Shown in pieces: positions 13,501 through 22,248 of a stretch of 64,000 nt of DNA; within the stretch, counting starts at the first letter, position 1, and each line of letters opens with the position of its first letter. The stretch spans positions 64,001-128,000 of the forward strand of contig CAVPSB010000018.1 in the NCBI GenBank assembly GCA_963708025.1. The letters are read 5' to 3'. The notes beneath the pieces were generated by a model. The model saw only the letters and a list, made by a program, of their open reading frames with translations. It had not been told where the DNA came from and made no database searches. Position numbers and translations under genes: made by a program. The stretch is from an uncultured Candidatus Rokubacteria bacterium. GTDB lineage: Bacteria; Methylomirabilota; Methylomirabilia; Rokubacteriales; DASRDR01.

Positions 13501-13763
13501 TGCCGTTGATCGTCCTCGGCCAGATCTACCAGTGTCACGGTGAGCCCGAGCGCGCGCGGCGGTACTATATGGAAGCGCTCGGCCTCGCCGAGGAAGTCCG
13601 GGAGCCCCAGCTCCTCTTCCCGTGCTACGACGGGCTGGCCACGCTGTACCTGGATCGGGGGGACCACGCCCGCGCCGAGGAGTACATGCGAAAGGCCCAG
13701 GAGGTGTGCGAGCGAGCCGGGGTGGAGCCGGACGCGCTCATGGTTCTACCGTTTCTCTGCTAG
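10599..13763 (+). CDS. Class III adenylate/guanylate cyclase with zinc ribbon, AAA-ATPase and TPR domains
   Basis: CxxC..CxxC, FADLSGFT, EKFVGD, GDTVNTAARL, GEAGMGKS, EDLHWAD, TPR-like C-terminus. Confidence 0.92.
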   Translation: MTCAGCAFEAPPDFAFCPRCGARLGAAPAASRAAAPEVGARASPPGPAEGDTDRRSVSVLFADLSGFTALGESLDPEDIRTFQDDLFREMRAAIERYEGFVEKFVGDAVMAVFGAPTAHEDDPERALRAALAMHERMAALDGVWARRLGRALALHVGVNTGPVVAGTLGAGDGAYAVTGDTVNTAARLQQAAAPGQTLASRATYLLTQHAFAFEPAGELRLRGKAEPLTAFRVLGALETPRSPRGLEAHGLAVPLVGRDAELGRLQAAFDGVAGGRAEVVSLVGEAGMGKSRLVNEFFARLEASGRLRSATVRRAACSALGERTYGVLAAFFREGYGITATDSLEAARRKLAAGLEALGAGAEERDRLSAVVGYVLGLPSDEATPQLDPEQLKRQIFYATRGLLERTMTRGPLVLLVEDLHWADAASVELLGVMADRLADRPLLLLVTCRPSFDALTLRTGRASHTTLRLAPLSADDGTALLDTLFGPSARALPATLREQVVGRAGGNPFYLEELIRELIDGGVLVRTDEGWACAGEAAAVEVPVTVQGLILSRLDRLPGTARRLAQEAAVLGPAFDARLLGLVAGDPSGCEAGLQVLERAGLIAPPAASGRYAFGHAMVQEAIYQNLLLRRRLELHGRAARALEGLGAGGERPARLEDLEALGHHFSLSADKLPGARYLTKAGDWARAVYANEDAIRHYERALRTLAECEGDETERLLVEERLADLLGLTGRRPAAIERFTTVRRLAEAAGDRATQARSHRKAAGLHWDAGERDAALGCLRAGLGLLDGIEHIERAHLYQEMGRLAFRSGDSAAALEWAERALAEGERLGADSDEARTETAAAIAHAHNTRGVALARLGRLDEAVGQIERGVEVARRHDLLQVACRGYANLGVVYSSLDPGRAIETCQSGLEIARKIGDLGFQSRLYANLAVAYCALTNRCDDDGVAAAQAAIELDRQLGQLDHLAVPLIVLGQIYQCHGEPERARRYYMEALGLAEEVREPQLLFPCYDGLATLYLDRGDHARAEEYMRKAQEVCERAGVEPDALMVLPFLC

Positions 13764-13780
13764 GGAGGTCTGGAGGAGAG

Positions 13781-14443
13781 ATGTCAGGGAATCACGCGAC
13801 CGAACTGCCGCCGTCCCTCCAACCGGGGGAGCCGGCGCCGAACTTCACCCTGGGCGCGATCCACAAGGAGGGCACCGTCTCGCTCGCCGACTACCGGGGG
13901 CGGAGCCCGCTCCTGCTGGCGCTCTTCCGCGGGCTCTACTGCCCTTTCTGCCGGCGCGGCATCGCCAAGCTCGGCATGACGACGGAGAAGCTCGAGCGAC
14001 TCGGCGTCGAGACGCTCGCCGTCGTGGCCACCGAGGTCGAGCGGGCCCGCCTGTACTTCCGGTACCGGCCGACCCGGCTGCCCCTCGCCGCGGACCCCGG
14101 TCTCACGCTGTTCCGGGCGTTCCGGGTGCCCAAGCCGGAAGCGACGCCCGAGCTGCTCAAGGGTGTCCAGACCATGCTGGTGAACCCGACCGGCGAGCTG
14201 CCCCAGCCCATGAACCTCCACGACGTGGCCAATGCCCTCGACGCGAAGGACGGCTTCGAGTGGACCCCGGCCGACAACGAGGAGTCGGAGCGGCAGTTCC
14301 CCCAGCTCGTGGGCCAGTTCCTCCTCGACCGGACGGGGACCATCCGGTGGGTGAACATCGAGGCCACCGAGGGCCTGGCCGGGCTGGGGAAGTTCCCGAC
14401 CGAGGAGGAGTTCCTCGCCGCGGCCGCGACCGTGACCGGCTAG
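13781..14443 (+). CDS. AhpC/TSA (peroxiredoxin-like) redoxin
   Basis: PGEPAPNFTL, FRGLYCPFCRR; GGAGG SD. Confidence 0.8.
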   Translation: MSGNHATELPPSLQPGEPAPNFTLGAIHKEGTVSLADYRGRSPLLLALFRGLYCPFCRRGIAKLGMTTEKLERLGVETLAVVATEVERARLYFRYRPTRLPLAADPGLTLFRAFRVPKPEATPELLKGVQTMLVNPTGELPQPMNLHDVANALDAKDGFEWTPADNEESERQFPQLVGQFLLDRTGTIRWVNIEATEGLAGLGKFPTEEEFLAAAATVTG

Positions 14444-14573
14444 CCCCCCATCCGAAATTCCTGATGCCACGAAGCCGCGACGATCGGGGCTCCTATCCGC
14501 TCCCTCTCCCTCCCTCGGGAGGGAGAGGGTAAGAGGGGTTCGGGGTCGTCTCATTCCTTCGCATTGGGGCTAG
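14440..14573. mobile_element. MITE-like element with CTAG ends
   Basis: Ends CTAGCCCCCCATCCGAA and TTCGCATTGGGGCTAG form imperfect inverted repeats; internal CCCTCTCCCTCCC/GGGAGGGAGAGGG hairpin. Confidence 0.5.
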
Positions 14574-14581
14574 CGACGACC

Positions 14582-15430
14582 TTGGGCGGGAGCATCCTCT
14601 CGATCCAGTCGTCGGTGGCCTACGGGTACGTCGGCAACCGTGCGGCGGTGTTTCTCCTCCAGCGCCTGGGCTTCGAGGTCTGGCCCCTCGACACCGTGAG
14701 CTTCAGCAACCATCCCGGCCACCCGACCGTGCGGGGCCGCGTCGTCCCGGCCGCCGAGATCCGGTCGCTCCTCGGCGGGATCGCCGAGCTCGGCGTCCTC
14801 GCCCGCTGCGACGCGGTGCTCTCCGGCTACCTGGGCGACCCCGACACGGCGGACGTCGTCCTGGAGGCGGCCACCCGCGTCAAGGCCGAGCACGCCGGCG
14901 CCCTCTACTGCTGCGACCCCGTGATGGGCGACGCGGAGAAGGGGCTGTACGTGGCCAAGGAGCTGCCCGCGCGCTTCCGCGACCGGCTCCTCCCGGCCGC
15001 CGACATCGTGACCCCCAACACCATCGAGCTCGAGCACCTTACCGGTCTCCGCGTGACGACGGAAGCGGAAGCGCTCGCCGCGGCCGACGCCGCGCGCCGC
15101 CGCGGTCCCAGCATCGTGGTCGTGACCGGGCTCCGCCAGGCGTCCGGCGCGAGCCTGGCCACGCTCGCCGTGGCCGACGACGGCGTCTGGGTCGCTCGCG
15201 CCCCGCGGCGGGACCGCCATGCCCACGGCGCCGGCGACGCCTTCACCGCGGTGTTCCTCGGCGCCTACCTGCGCCACCGCCAGGTGCCCCGGGCCCTCGC
15301 ATTCGCGGTGGGCGCCCTGGAGGCGATCTTCGCGACGCCCGGGCCGCCGGGCTCCGCCGACCTGCCGATCGTGGCGGCCGGCGACCGGGTCGCGGCCGCC
15401 GCCGAGGTGCCGGTCGAGCGCCTGCGGTAG
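14582..15430 (+). CDS. pdxY: Pyridoxal kinase
   Basis: ILSIQSSVAYGYVGN, FSNHPG, LSGYLG, CDPVMGD, TPN, GAGD. Confidence 0.9.
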   Translation: MGGSILSIQSSVAYGYVGNRAAVFLLQRLGFEVWPLDTVSFSNHPGHPTVRGRVVPAAEIRSLLGGIAELGVLARCDAVLSGYLGDPDTADVVLEAATRVKAEHAGALYCCDPVMGDAEKGLYVAKELPARFRDRLLPAADIVTPNTIELEHLTGLRVTTEAEALAAADAARRRGPSIVVVTGLRQASGASLATLAVADDGVWVARAPRRDRHAHGAGDAFTAVFLGAYLRHRQVPRALAFAVGALEAIFATPGPPGSADLPIVAAGDRVAAAAEVPVERLR

Positions 15431-15494
15431 GGTCGGTATATCCTAGGAGGGCCACACCGGACCGGCTGACGCCCGGAGGACAAAGGGGGGCTCC

Positions 15495-16616
15495 ATGGAC
15501 TGGCGCAGGATCGAGCGGTTGGTGGAGACATATCACGCGGGCGCGATCGGCCGGCGGGAGTTTGGCCGGCAGGCGCTCCGGCTCGGCGTCGGCGCCTCGG
15601 CGCTCCCGGCCCTGCTGACGAGCGTGTTCGGCCGGCGGGCCGACGCCCAGCCCCTCCGGGGGTCGGGCGAGGTCGTCGTCTGCACGTGGGGCGGGAGCTA
15701 CGCGGAGGCCCAGAAGAAGGCCTTCTTCGAGCCGTTCGAGAAGGAGAGCGGCATCCGCGTGCGGGTCGTCGGCGTGCCGGATCTCGCCAAGCTCCACGCG
15801 ATGGTCTCGAACAAGGCGGTCGAGTGGGACCTGGTTGACGGCGAGGGCCAGATGATGCTCCGGCTGGCGGCCCAGGACATGCTCGAGCGCGCGGACTACT
15901 CGATCATCCCGCGGGCCGACCTGATCCCCGAGCTGGCGACCGACTGGGGGATCGGGTCCGTCGCCTACTCCTACGTGGTGGGCTGGAGCAAGAAGACCTA
16001 CGGGGCGAAGGAGCCGACCGGCTGGAAGGACTTCTTCGACGCGGCGGCGTTCCCGGGGCGGCGGGCCATGTACGCCCAGCCGCTGCCGGCGCTCGAGCTG
16101 GCGCTGCTCGCGGCCGGGAACCCCATCGACAAGCTCTACCCGCTCGACGTGGACCGGGCCTTCAAGCTCCTCGAGCAGCACAAGCCGCTGGTCAACGTCT
16201 GGTACAAGAGCATCACCCAGATCCCGACCCTCATGCGGGGCGAGGAGGTCGACCTCATCGAGGCCACCAGCACCCGGATGATCGAGCTCGGGCGGAGCGG
16301 GGCGCCGGTGGGCTGGACCTGGAACCAGGGCGCCTGGATGCAGTCGTTCTGGATCACCCCCAAGGGCGCGCCCAACCGCGAGAACGCGATGAAGCTGATG
16401 GCCTTCTACACGCGACCCGAGCCTGAGGCCCAGTTCGTCCAGGCGTTCCCGTTGGGCATGCCGAGCCGGAAGGCCTACGCGCTGATGCCGAAGGAGACGC
16501 TGGCCATGCTTCCCACGTCCCCCGGGAACATCGAGCGCCAGTTCCGGGTCAACGCCGCCTGGTGGGCGAAAAACGTGGAGGAGATCACCAAGCGCTGGCT
16601 CGCGTTCGTGGGCTAG
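15495..16616 (+). CDS. ABC transporter substrate-binding protein (PotD/PotF-like), Tat-type signal
   Basis: RREF signal, TWGGSY, FPGRR, LYPLDVDRAF, PKGAPN. Confidence 0.85.
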   Translation: MDWRRIERLVETYHAGAIGRREFGRQALRLGVGASALPALLTSVFGRRADAQPLRGSGEVVVCTWGGSYAEAQKKAFFEPFEKESGIRVRVVGVPDLAKLHAMVSNKAVEWDLVDGEGQMMLRLAAQDMLERADYSIIPRADLIPELATDWGIGSVAYSYVVGWSKKTYGAKEPTGWKDFFDAAAFPGRRAMYAQPLPALELALLAAGNPIDKLYPLDVDRAFKLLEQHKPLVNVWYKSITQIPTLMRGEEVDLIEATSTRMIELGRSGAPVGWTWNQGAWMQSFWITPKGAPNRENAMKLMAFYTRPEPEAQFVQAFPLGMPSRKAYALMPKETLAMLPTSPGNIERQFRVNAAWWAKNVEEITKRWLAFVG

Positions 16617-16641
16617 TGACGCGCTCCGGCGCATCGCGGGG

Positions 16642-16733
16642 CCTCCGGCTCCCCCCTCCCCTCCGGCCAAAGGCCGAAGGCCGTCCAACGGTGGGGAGGA
16701 GGAGGTGTGAGGGGGTAGGCGGGAGGTCCCGAA
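16642..16733 (+). repeat. G/C-tract palindromic repeat, copy 1 (with CCAAAGGCCGAAGGCCGTCC module)
   Basis: CCTCCGGCTCCCCCCTCCCC ... GGGGGTAGGCGGGAGGTCCCGAA. Confidence 0.85.
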
Positions 16734-17582
16734 ATGAGCCGGACCGCGGCCCTGCGCGGCCTCCTGCCGCTCCTGCCCCTCCTCCTGTTCCTCCTCGTCC
16801 TCCTCGTCGTCCCCGTCGGCCGGATGCTCGGGGCCGGCCTGGCCGCGGAGGGCGGCCCGGCGGCCTTCCGGGAGCTGGTGACCGTCCCCCTCTATCGCGA
16901 CGTCCTGCTCCGAACCCTCCGCATCAGCGTCACGGTCACCCTGGCCTGCCTGCTCCTCGGCTACCCGGTGGCCTACACCCTCGCCACCGCCCCCCGGTGG
17001 CTGGCGGCGCCGCTCCTGGTGCTGGTCGTCGTCCCGTTCTGGATCAGCGTCCTGGCCCGGAGCTTCACCTGGCTCGTGCTGCTGCAGCGGAACGGCGTGG
17101 TCAACCAGCTCCTGCAGGCCGCCGGGCTCGCCCGCGCGCCGCTGCCGCTCGTCTACAACGAGCTCGGCGTCCACGTGGGGATGATCCACATCCTGCTGCC
17201 GTACATGATCCTGTCGCTCTACGGCGTCATGCGCGGGATCGATCCCTCCCTCCTCAGGGCCGCCGCCAACCTGGGCGCGACCGAGTGGCAGGCGTTCCGC
17301 CGCGTGTACCTCCCGCTGAGCCTGCCCGGGGTGGCGGCCGGCAGCGTGCTGCTCTTCGTCCTCGGCCTCGGCTTCTTCATCACGCCGGCGCTCCTCGGGG
17401 GCGGCAAGGTGACGATGGTCGCGGTGCTCATCGAGGCGAACGTCCGCGAGGCCCTGAACTGGCCGCTCGTGGCCGCGCTCTCGCTCGGGCTCCTGGCGGC
17501 GACGGTCCTCGTGCTCCTTCCGTCGTCCCGGGTCCTCCGCTTCGAGCGGCTGTTCGGGGCCGGGGCGGCCGAGCGCGCGTGA
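16734..17582 (+). CDS. ABC permease (PotB-like)
   Basis: LLGYPVAY, PFWISVLAR, AAANLGA, FFITPALLGG. Confidence 0.88.
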   Translation: MSRTAALRGLLPLLPLLLFLLVLLVVPVGRMLGAGLAAEGGPAAFRELVTVPLYRDVLLRTLRISVTVTLACLLLGYPVAYTLATAPRWLAAPLLVLVVVPFWISVLARSFTWLVLLQRNGVVNQLLQAAGLARAPLPLVYNELGVHVGMIHILLPYMILSLYGVMRGIDPSLLRAAANLGATEWQAFRRVYLPLSLPGVAAGSVLLFVLGLGFFITPALLGGGKVTMVAVLIEANVREALNWPLVAALSLGLLAATVLVLLPSSRVLRFERLFGAGAAERA

Positions 17583-17589
17583 GGCGGCG

Positions 17590-19524
17590 ATGAGGGCCGC
17601 GATGGGGGCGATCACGATCGTCGTGGTCCTCTTCCTCGCCCTGCCCGTCCTCGCGCTCCTGCCCATGTCGCTCAGCGGGACCCGCTGGCTCGCGCTGCCC
17701 CCGCGCGACCTGTCGCTCCGCTGGTACGTGGGCTTCTTCACCGACCGGGACTGGATGGAGGCGACGCTCGTGAGCCTGAGGGTGGCCGGGGCGGCCACCG
17801 CGCTCGCCGTCACGCTTGGGACCCTGGCCGGCGTCGGGCTCGCCCGGGGCCGGTTCGCTGGCCGGGGGCTGGTCCGCAGCCTGGCGCTCTCGCCGCTCGT
17901 CGTGCCCGTGATGGTGCTGGCCGTCTCGCTCTACTACGTCTTCGGGCGCATGGGCCTGGTCGGGACGCTGACCGGCCTGGTCCTGGCCCACGCGCTCCTC
18001 GGCGTCCCGTACGTCGTCCTGAACGTCGAGGCGGTGATGCGGACCTTCGACGTGCGGCTCGAGCGGGCGGCCCGGATGCTGGGCGCCGGCGCCTGGCAGA
18101 CCTTCTGGAAGGTGACGCTGCCGCTCATCCGGGCCGGGGTGCTGGCGGGGGCGCTGTTCGCCTTCATCGCCTCGCTGGACGAGGTGGTGGTCGCGATGTT
18201 CCTGAGCGGGACGCGTGCGATCACGCTGCCGAAGCTCATGTGGGACAGCATCACCCAGGACGAGCTGAACCCGGTGGTGACCGCGGTCGCCTCGCTCCAG
18301 ATCGGCGTCGTCGTCCTCGCCTTCGCGGCGAGCGAGCTCGTCCGCCTGCGGAGTGCCCGGCTGGCCCTCGCCGGCCCATCGGGCGCGATGGATGCCGCGG
18401 GCGCGGCGGGCGCCACGGCCGGGCCGGCGCCCGCGGGCGGAGCGCCGCGCCCGGCGCCCCTGCGGCTCGTCGGGCTGAGCAAGCGCTTCGGCGAGGTGGT
18501 CGCGCTGGAGGCGGCCACGCTCGACGTCCAGTCCGGCGAGTTCCTGACGCTGCTCGGTCCCAGTGGCTCCGGCAAGACGACCCTGCTCAACCTGGTGGCG
18601 GGATTCGAGCCGCCGACCACCGGCGAGATTTTCCTGGGCGACCGGCCGATCACCCGGGAGCCGCCCAACCGGCGCGGCATCGGGATGGTGTTCCAGGACT
18701 TCGCCCTCTTTCCGCACCTGACCGTCTTCGAGAACGTGGCGTTCCCGCTGCGCCTCCGGCGGCAGCCGGAGGCCGAGATCCGGTCACGGGTCGGTGCGCT
18801 CCTCGAGATGGTGCGCCTGGAGGGGTACGGGGACCGGTCCCCGCGCCAGCTCTCCGGCGGGCAGCAGCAGCGCGTCGCCCTGGCCCGGGCGCTGGCCTTC
18901 CGCCCGCCGCTCCTCCTCATGGACGAGCCGTTCGGCGCGCTCGACCGGAACCTGCGCGAGCGCATGCAGGTCGAGCTCCGGCAGCTCCACCGGCGGCTTG
19001 GCATCACGGTCCTGTTCGTGACCCACGATCAGGAGGAGGCGATGGCGCTCTCCGACCGGATCGTGGTGATCGACCGCGGCCGCATCCAGCAGGTGGGCCG
19101 GCCGGCCGAGCTCTACGAGGTGCCGGCCAATCCGTTCGTCGCCGGCTTCCTCGGGGAGTCCAACCTCCTCCGCTGCGCGGTCCTCGGCGTCGACGGAGGG
19201 CTCTGGCGGGTGCGGAGCGCCGGCGGCACGGACTTCCTCGTGGCGCGGCCGGGCTCGGGGCCGGGAGAGCCCGGCGCCGCCCGGCACCTCGTCCTTCGCC
19301 CGGAAGCGCTGGGACTCCAGGCCGGTGAGCCGGCGGGCGCCCCCGCCGTCCGGGGCGTGGTGGAGGAGGCGATCTACCTGGGGACCATGGTCAAGTACCT
19401 AGTGCGGATCAACCCGGGCGAGGTCCTCGTCGTGCGTGCCCCGAAGGCGCCGGGAGCCGCCCTGCTGGCCCCGGGCACGAACGTGCGGGTGGAGTGGCAA
19501 CCTCAGGACCTTCTCTTGCTGTGA
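17590..19524 (+). CDS. Fused ABC permease (PotC-like) and ATP-binding subunit (PotA-like, TOBE)
   Basis: LERAARMLGA, SLDEVV; then GPSGSGKT, LSGGQQQR, LMDEP, VTHDQ. Confidence 0.85.
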   Translation: MRAAMGAITIVVVLFLALPVLALLPMSLSGTRWLALPPRDLSLRWYVGFFTDRDWMEATLVSLRVAGAATALAVTLGTLAGVGLARGRFAGRGLVRSLALSPLVVPVMVLAVSLYYVFGRMGLVGTLTGLVLAHALLGVPYVVLNVEAVMRTFDVRLERAARMLGAGAWQTFWKVTLPLIRAGVLAGALFAFIASLDEVVVAMFLSGTRAITLPKLMWDSITQDELNPVVTAVASLQIGVVVLAFAASELVRLRSARLALAGPSGAMDAAGAAGATAGPAPAGGAPRPAPLRLVGLSKRFGEVVALEAATLDVQSGEFLTLLGPSGSGKTTLLNLVAGFEPPTTGEIFLGDRPITREPPNRRGIGMVFQDFALFPHLTVFENVAFPLRLRRQPEAEIRSRVGALLEMVRLEGYGDRSPRQLSGGQQQRVALARALAFRPPLLLMDEPFGALDRNLRERMQVELRQLHRRLGITVLFVTHDQEEAMALSDRIVVIDRGRIQQVGRPAELYEVPANPFVAGFLGESNLLRCAVLGVDGGLWRVRSAGGTDFLVARPGSGPGEPGAARHLVLRPEALGLQAGEPAGAPAVRGVVEEAIYLGTMVKYLVRINPGEVLVVRAPKAPGAALLAPGTNVRVEWQPQDLLLL

Positions 19525-19572
19525 GGTGGCCGGTCGCCGCTTGCCCGGGTTTCCCGCTTCGTCTATAAGATC

Positions 19573-19944
19573 TACGAGGACGTCGCCATCGGCGGGGGCA
19601 CCGACTCCCTCTGCATCACGATGAGCAGCAAGAACGTCAAGGAGGCCTGGGAGCTGCTCAAGTTCCTGAGCGACGAGCAGTCGGGGGTGACCGTCTGGAA
19701 GATCCACGGAAAGTTCCCGGCCAACGTCCGGGCCATGCAGCGGCCGGAGCTGCGAAGCGATCCGATCGTCATGGCCTTCGAGCCGATGATCCAGGTGGCC
19801 CGGGTGCCGTTCAAGAGCGTCAAGTACGTCGAGATCACAAACGCGCTGGGGACCATGCAACAGGAGGTCCTGACCGGCGCCAAGCCGACGGCGGCCGTCG
19901 TCAAGGCCGCCGCGGACCGGATCGACAGCATCCTGCGGGATTGA
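19573..19944 (+). pseudogene. C-terminal fragment of a sugar-type ABC substrate-binding protein
   Basis: GGGTDSLCITMSSKNVKEAWELLKFL ... QEVLTGAKPT; N-terminal part absent. Confidence 0.55.
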
Positions 19945-19973
19945 GCGGGCCGGCGGCGGCGCCCCTGCCCGGA

Positions 19974-20025
19974 CCTCCGGCTCCCCCTCCCCCGGTGGGT
20001 GGGGGAGGGGCCGGAGGGGTCCGAA
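19974..20025 (+). repeat. G/C-tract repeat, copy 2 (short)
   Basis: CCTCCGGCTCCCCCTCCCCCGGTGGGTGGGGGAGGGG. Confidence 0.8.
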
Positions 20026-20153
20026 CGAACGGAGGACCCGGGGGCATGGCGAGTGGCGCGGCGCGCCTCCCGGCCGGCGGCACCAGGGTGGGCGCGGCGA
20101 GTGGGGTTCAGAGGCTCTTGGAAAGGGCTACCGACTTCGAGTAGGCTTGCGAC

Positions 20154-20750
20154 GTGCGACTCTTCGTCATCGCCCGGCACGGCCAGTCGGTCCTGAACGT
20201 CGAGAAGCGGGTCAACGGCGACCCGAGCCGCCCGGTTGCCCTGACGGCCCAGGGGGAGAAGGAGGCCAGGCTCCTCGGTCTCCAGGTCGCCAACCTCGCC
20301 TTCGACGTCTGCATGCACACGCGCTTCGGCCGGACCCGCCGGACCGCCGAGATCGCGCTCGGCCCCCGCGCCGGGACCATCCCGTACGTGGAGGAGCCAC
20401 TCTTCGACGACGTGAAGATCGGCGACTTCGACGGCGCGCTGACGTCGGACTACCGGAAGTGGAAGGCAGGCAAGACCCGGCGGGACCGCTTCCCCAACGG
20501 GGAGACCCTGGTCGAGGCGGCCGAGCGCTACGCCGCCGGCTACCAGCGGCTGGTCGAGAGCCCGTACAAGACGGTGCTGCTGGTCTGCCACGACATCCCG
20601 CTGCGCTACGTCCTGAACGCGGCCACGGGCTCCCACTGGCTGGACGGGCCCATCCACGACGTCCCCAATGCCACCGCCTTCATCTTCGACGAGACGGCGC
20701 TCCGCCGCGCCGCCCCCCGGATCCGGGAGCTGGCCGCCGTCGAGAAGTGA
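20154..20750 (+). CDS. Histidine phosphatase family protein
   Basis: ARHGQS, PNGET, LLVCH. Confidence 0.85.
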   Translation: MRLFVIARHGQSVLNVEKRVNGDPSRPVALTAQGEKEARLLGLQVANLAFDVCMHTRFGRTRRTAEIALGPRAGTIPYVEEPLFDDVKIGDFDGALTSDYRKWKAGKTRRDRFPNGETLVEAAERYAAGYQRLVESPYKTVLLVCHDIPLRYVLNAATGSHWLDGPIHDVPNATAFIFDETALRRAAPRIRELAAVEK

Positions 20751-20791
20751 CCGCGGCGCCCCGCCCGGAGCGGCGCTTCACACGCTCCGGA

Positions 20792-22171
20792 TCAGGCGGG
20801 ATCGGGTGGCCCGGCGCCGACACCGACGATCGCTTCCACCCACCGCGCCGCGGCGAGGAGCCGGGCCTCGGCGAACGGCGCCCCGATGAGCTGGATCCCC
20901 AGCGGGAGCCCGCCGGCGTCGCGCCCGGTCGGTAGCGCGATCTGGGGCGCCCCGATCCCCGACCACGGAGCGTTGAAGCTGGCGTCGCCCGTCGTGGCCC
21001 GGTCGGGGGCGGGCCCGGGCGCGGGGGGCATCACCAGCGCGTCGAAGCGGCCGAGCAGTGGCGACAGCTCCCGCCGGGCCTGGCGGCGCAGCCGCTGGGC
21101 CCGGAGGTAGAGCGGGGCGGGGAGGCAGAGCCCCGCTTCGATCGCGGCGCGGATCCGCGGCCGGTACTCCGCGGCGTGCTCGCGGTGGAGGTCGGCGTGG
21201 TATGCCGCGGCCTCCGCGCGGACGACGACCATGGTCGCCGCCACGAGCGCCGGCAGGATCGGCGGGAGCGCGACCGGCTCCACGACCGCGCCGCGCTCGG
21301 CCAGGCGGCGGGCCACCGACTCCAGGTGCTCGCGCGTCGCTGGCTCCGCCCGGTCGAGGAACGGCTCCCGGATCAGGCCGAGTCGCGGCGGCGGGGGGGC
21401 GTCGGCGCCGAGGACCGCGGCCAGGTCGGGCGCGGGCCGGGCCGCCGACCCCGGGTCCTCCGGGTCGTGGGCGGCGAGGACGGTCAGGGCGAGCGCCGCG
21501 TCGGCGACCGTGCGGCTGAAGATGCCCACGTGGTCGAGCGACCAGGCGGCGGGCACGACGCCGCGCCGGCTGATGCGGCCGTAGGTCGGCTTCAGCCCCA
21601 CGACGCCGCAGAAGGCGGCCGGCCGGAGCGTCGAGCCGACGGTCTGGGAGCCGAGGGCGAGGGGGACCATGCGGCAGGCGACCGCCGCCGCCGACCCCGA
21701 CGAGGATCCCCCTGGCGTTCGCGTCCGGTCCCACGGATTCGTGGTCGGGGCGGGGTCCATGAAGGCGAACTCGGTCGTCTGGAGCTTGCCGAGGATCACC
21801 GCCCCCGCCGCCCGCAGTCGGGCGACCGCGACCGCGTCCTCGCGCGGCACCACGTCGGCGAAGCCCCGGGCCCCGGCCGTCGTCCTGAGCCCGGCCACGT
21901 GGAAGATGTCCTTCAGGCCCACCGGGACGCCGTGGAGCGCCCCGCGCAGGCGCCCCTGGGCGGCCTCGGCGTCGAGCCGCGCCGCCGCGTCGAGCGCGCC
22001 CGCCCGATCGACCAGGACCCAGGCCTGGATCGCCGGATCCAGTGCGTCGATCCGCCGGAGACACGCCTCCACGAGCGCGCGGCTCGAGAGCCGGCCGGCG
22101 CGGATGCGCGCCGCGGCCTCGGCGACGGAGAGGACGTGGAGCGGCGTGTCGGTCGCGGTCGTGTCGGCCAT
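20792..22171 (-). CDS. Amidase (amidase signature family)
   Basis: GVPVGLKD, TPGGSSSGSA, GSQTVGSTLRPA, GLKPTYG. Confidence 0.9.
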   Translation of the reverse strand: MADTTATDTPLHVLSVAEAAARIRAGRLSSRALVEACLRRIDALDPAIQAWVLVDRAGALDAAARLDAEAAQGRLRGALHGVPVGLKDIFHVAGLRTTAGARGFADVVPREDAVAVARLRAAGAVILGKLQTTEFAFMDPAPTTNPWDRTRTPGGSSSGSAAAVACRMVPLALGSQTVGSTLRPAAFCGVVGLKPTYGRISRRGVVPAAWSLDHVGIFSRTVADAALALTVLAAHDPEDPGSAARPAPDLAAVLGADAPPPPRLGLIREPFLDRAEPATREHLESVARRLAERGAVVEPVALPPILPALVAATMVVVRAEAAAYHADLHREHAAEYRPRIRAAIEAGLCLPAPLYLRAQRLRRQARRELSPLLGRFDALVMPPAPGPAPDRATTGDASFNAPWSGIGAPQIALPTGRDAGGLPLGIQLIGAPFAEARLLAAARWVEAIVGVGAGPPDPA

Positions 22172-22248
22172 CGCGTCGCCTTTCTCTACCCCCCGGCGCC
22201 AGCGAAGTCAAGCGGGGCGATGTATCATCGGTCAGCAAGGAGGGCCCG

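Noticed and set aside
15243-17813. Long antisense ORFs (this one and many similar)
   Set aside because: Shadow ORFs expected at high GC opposite real genes; Arg/Pro/Gly-rich with no motifs
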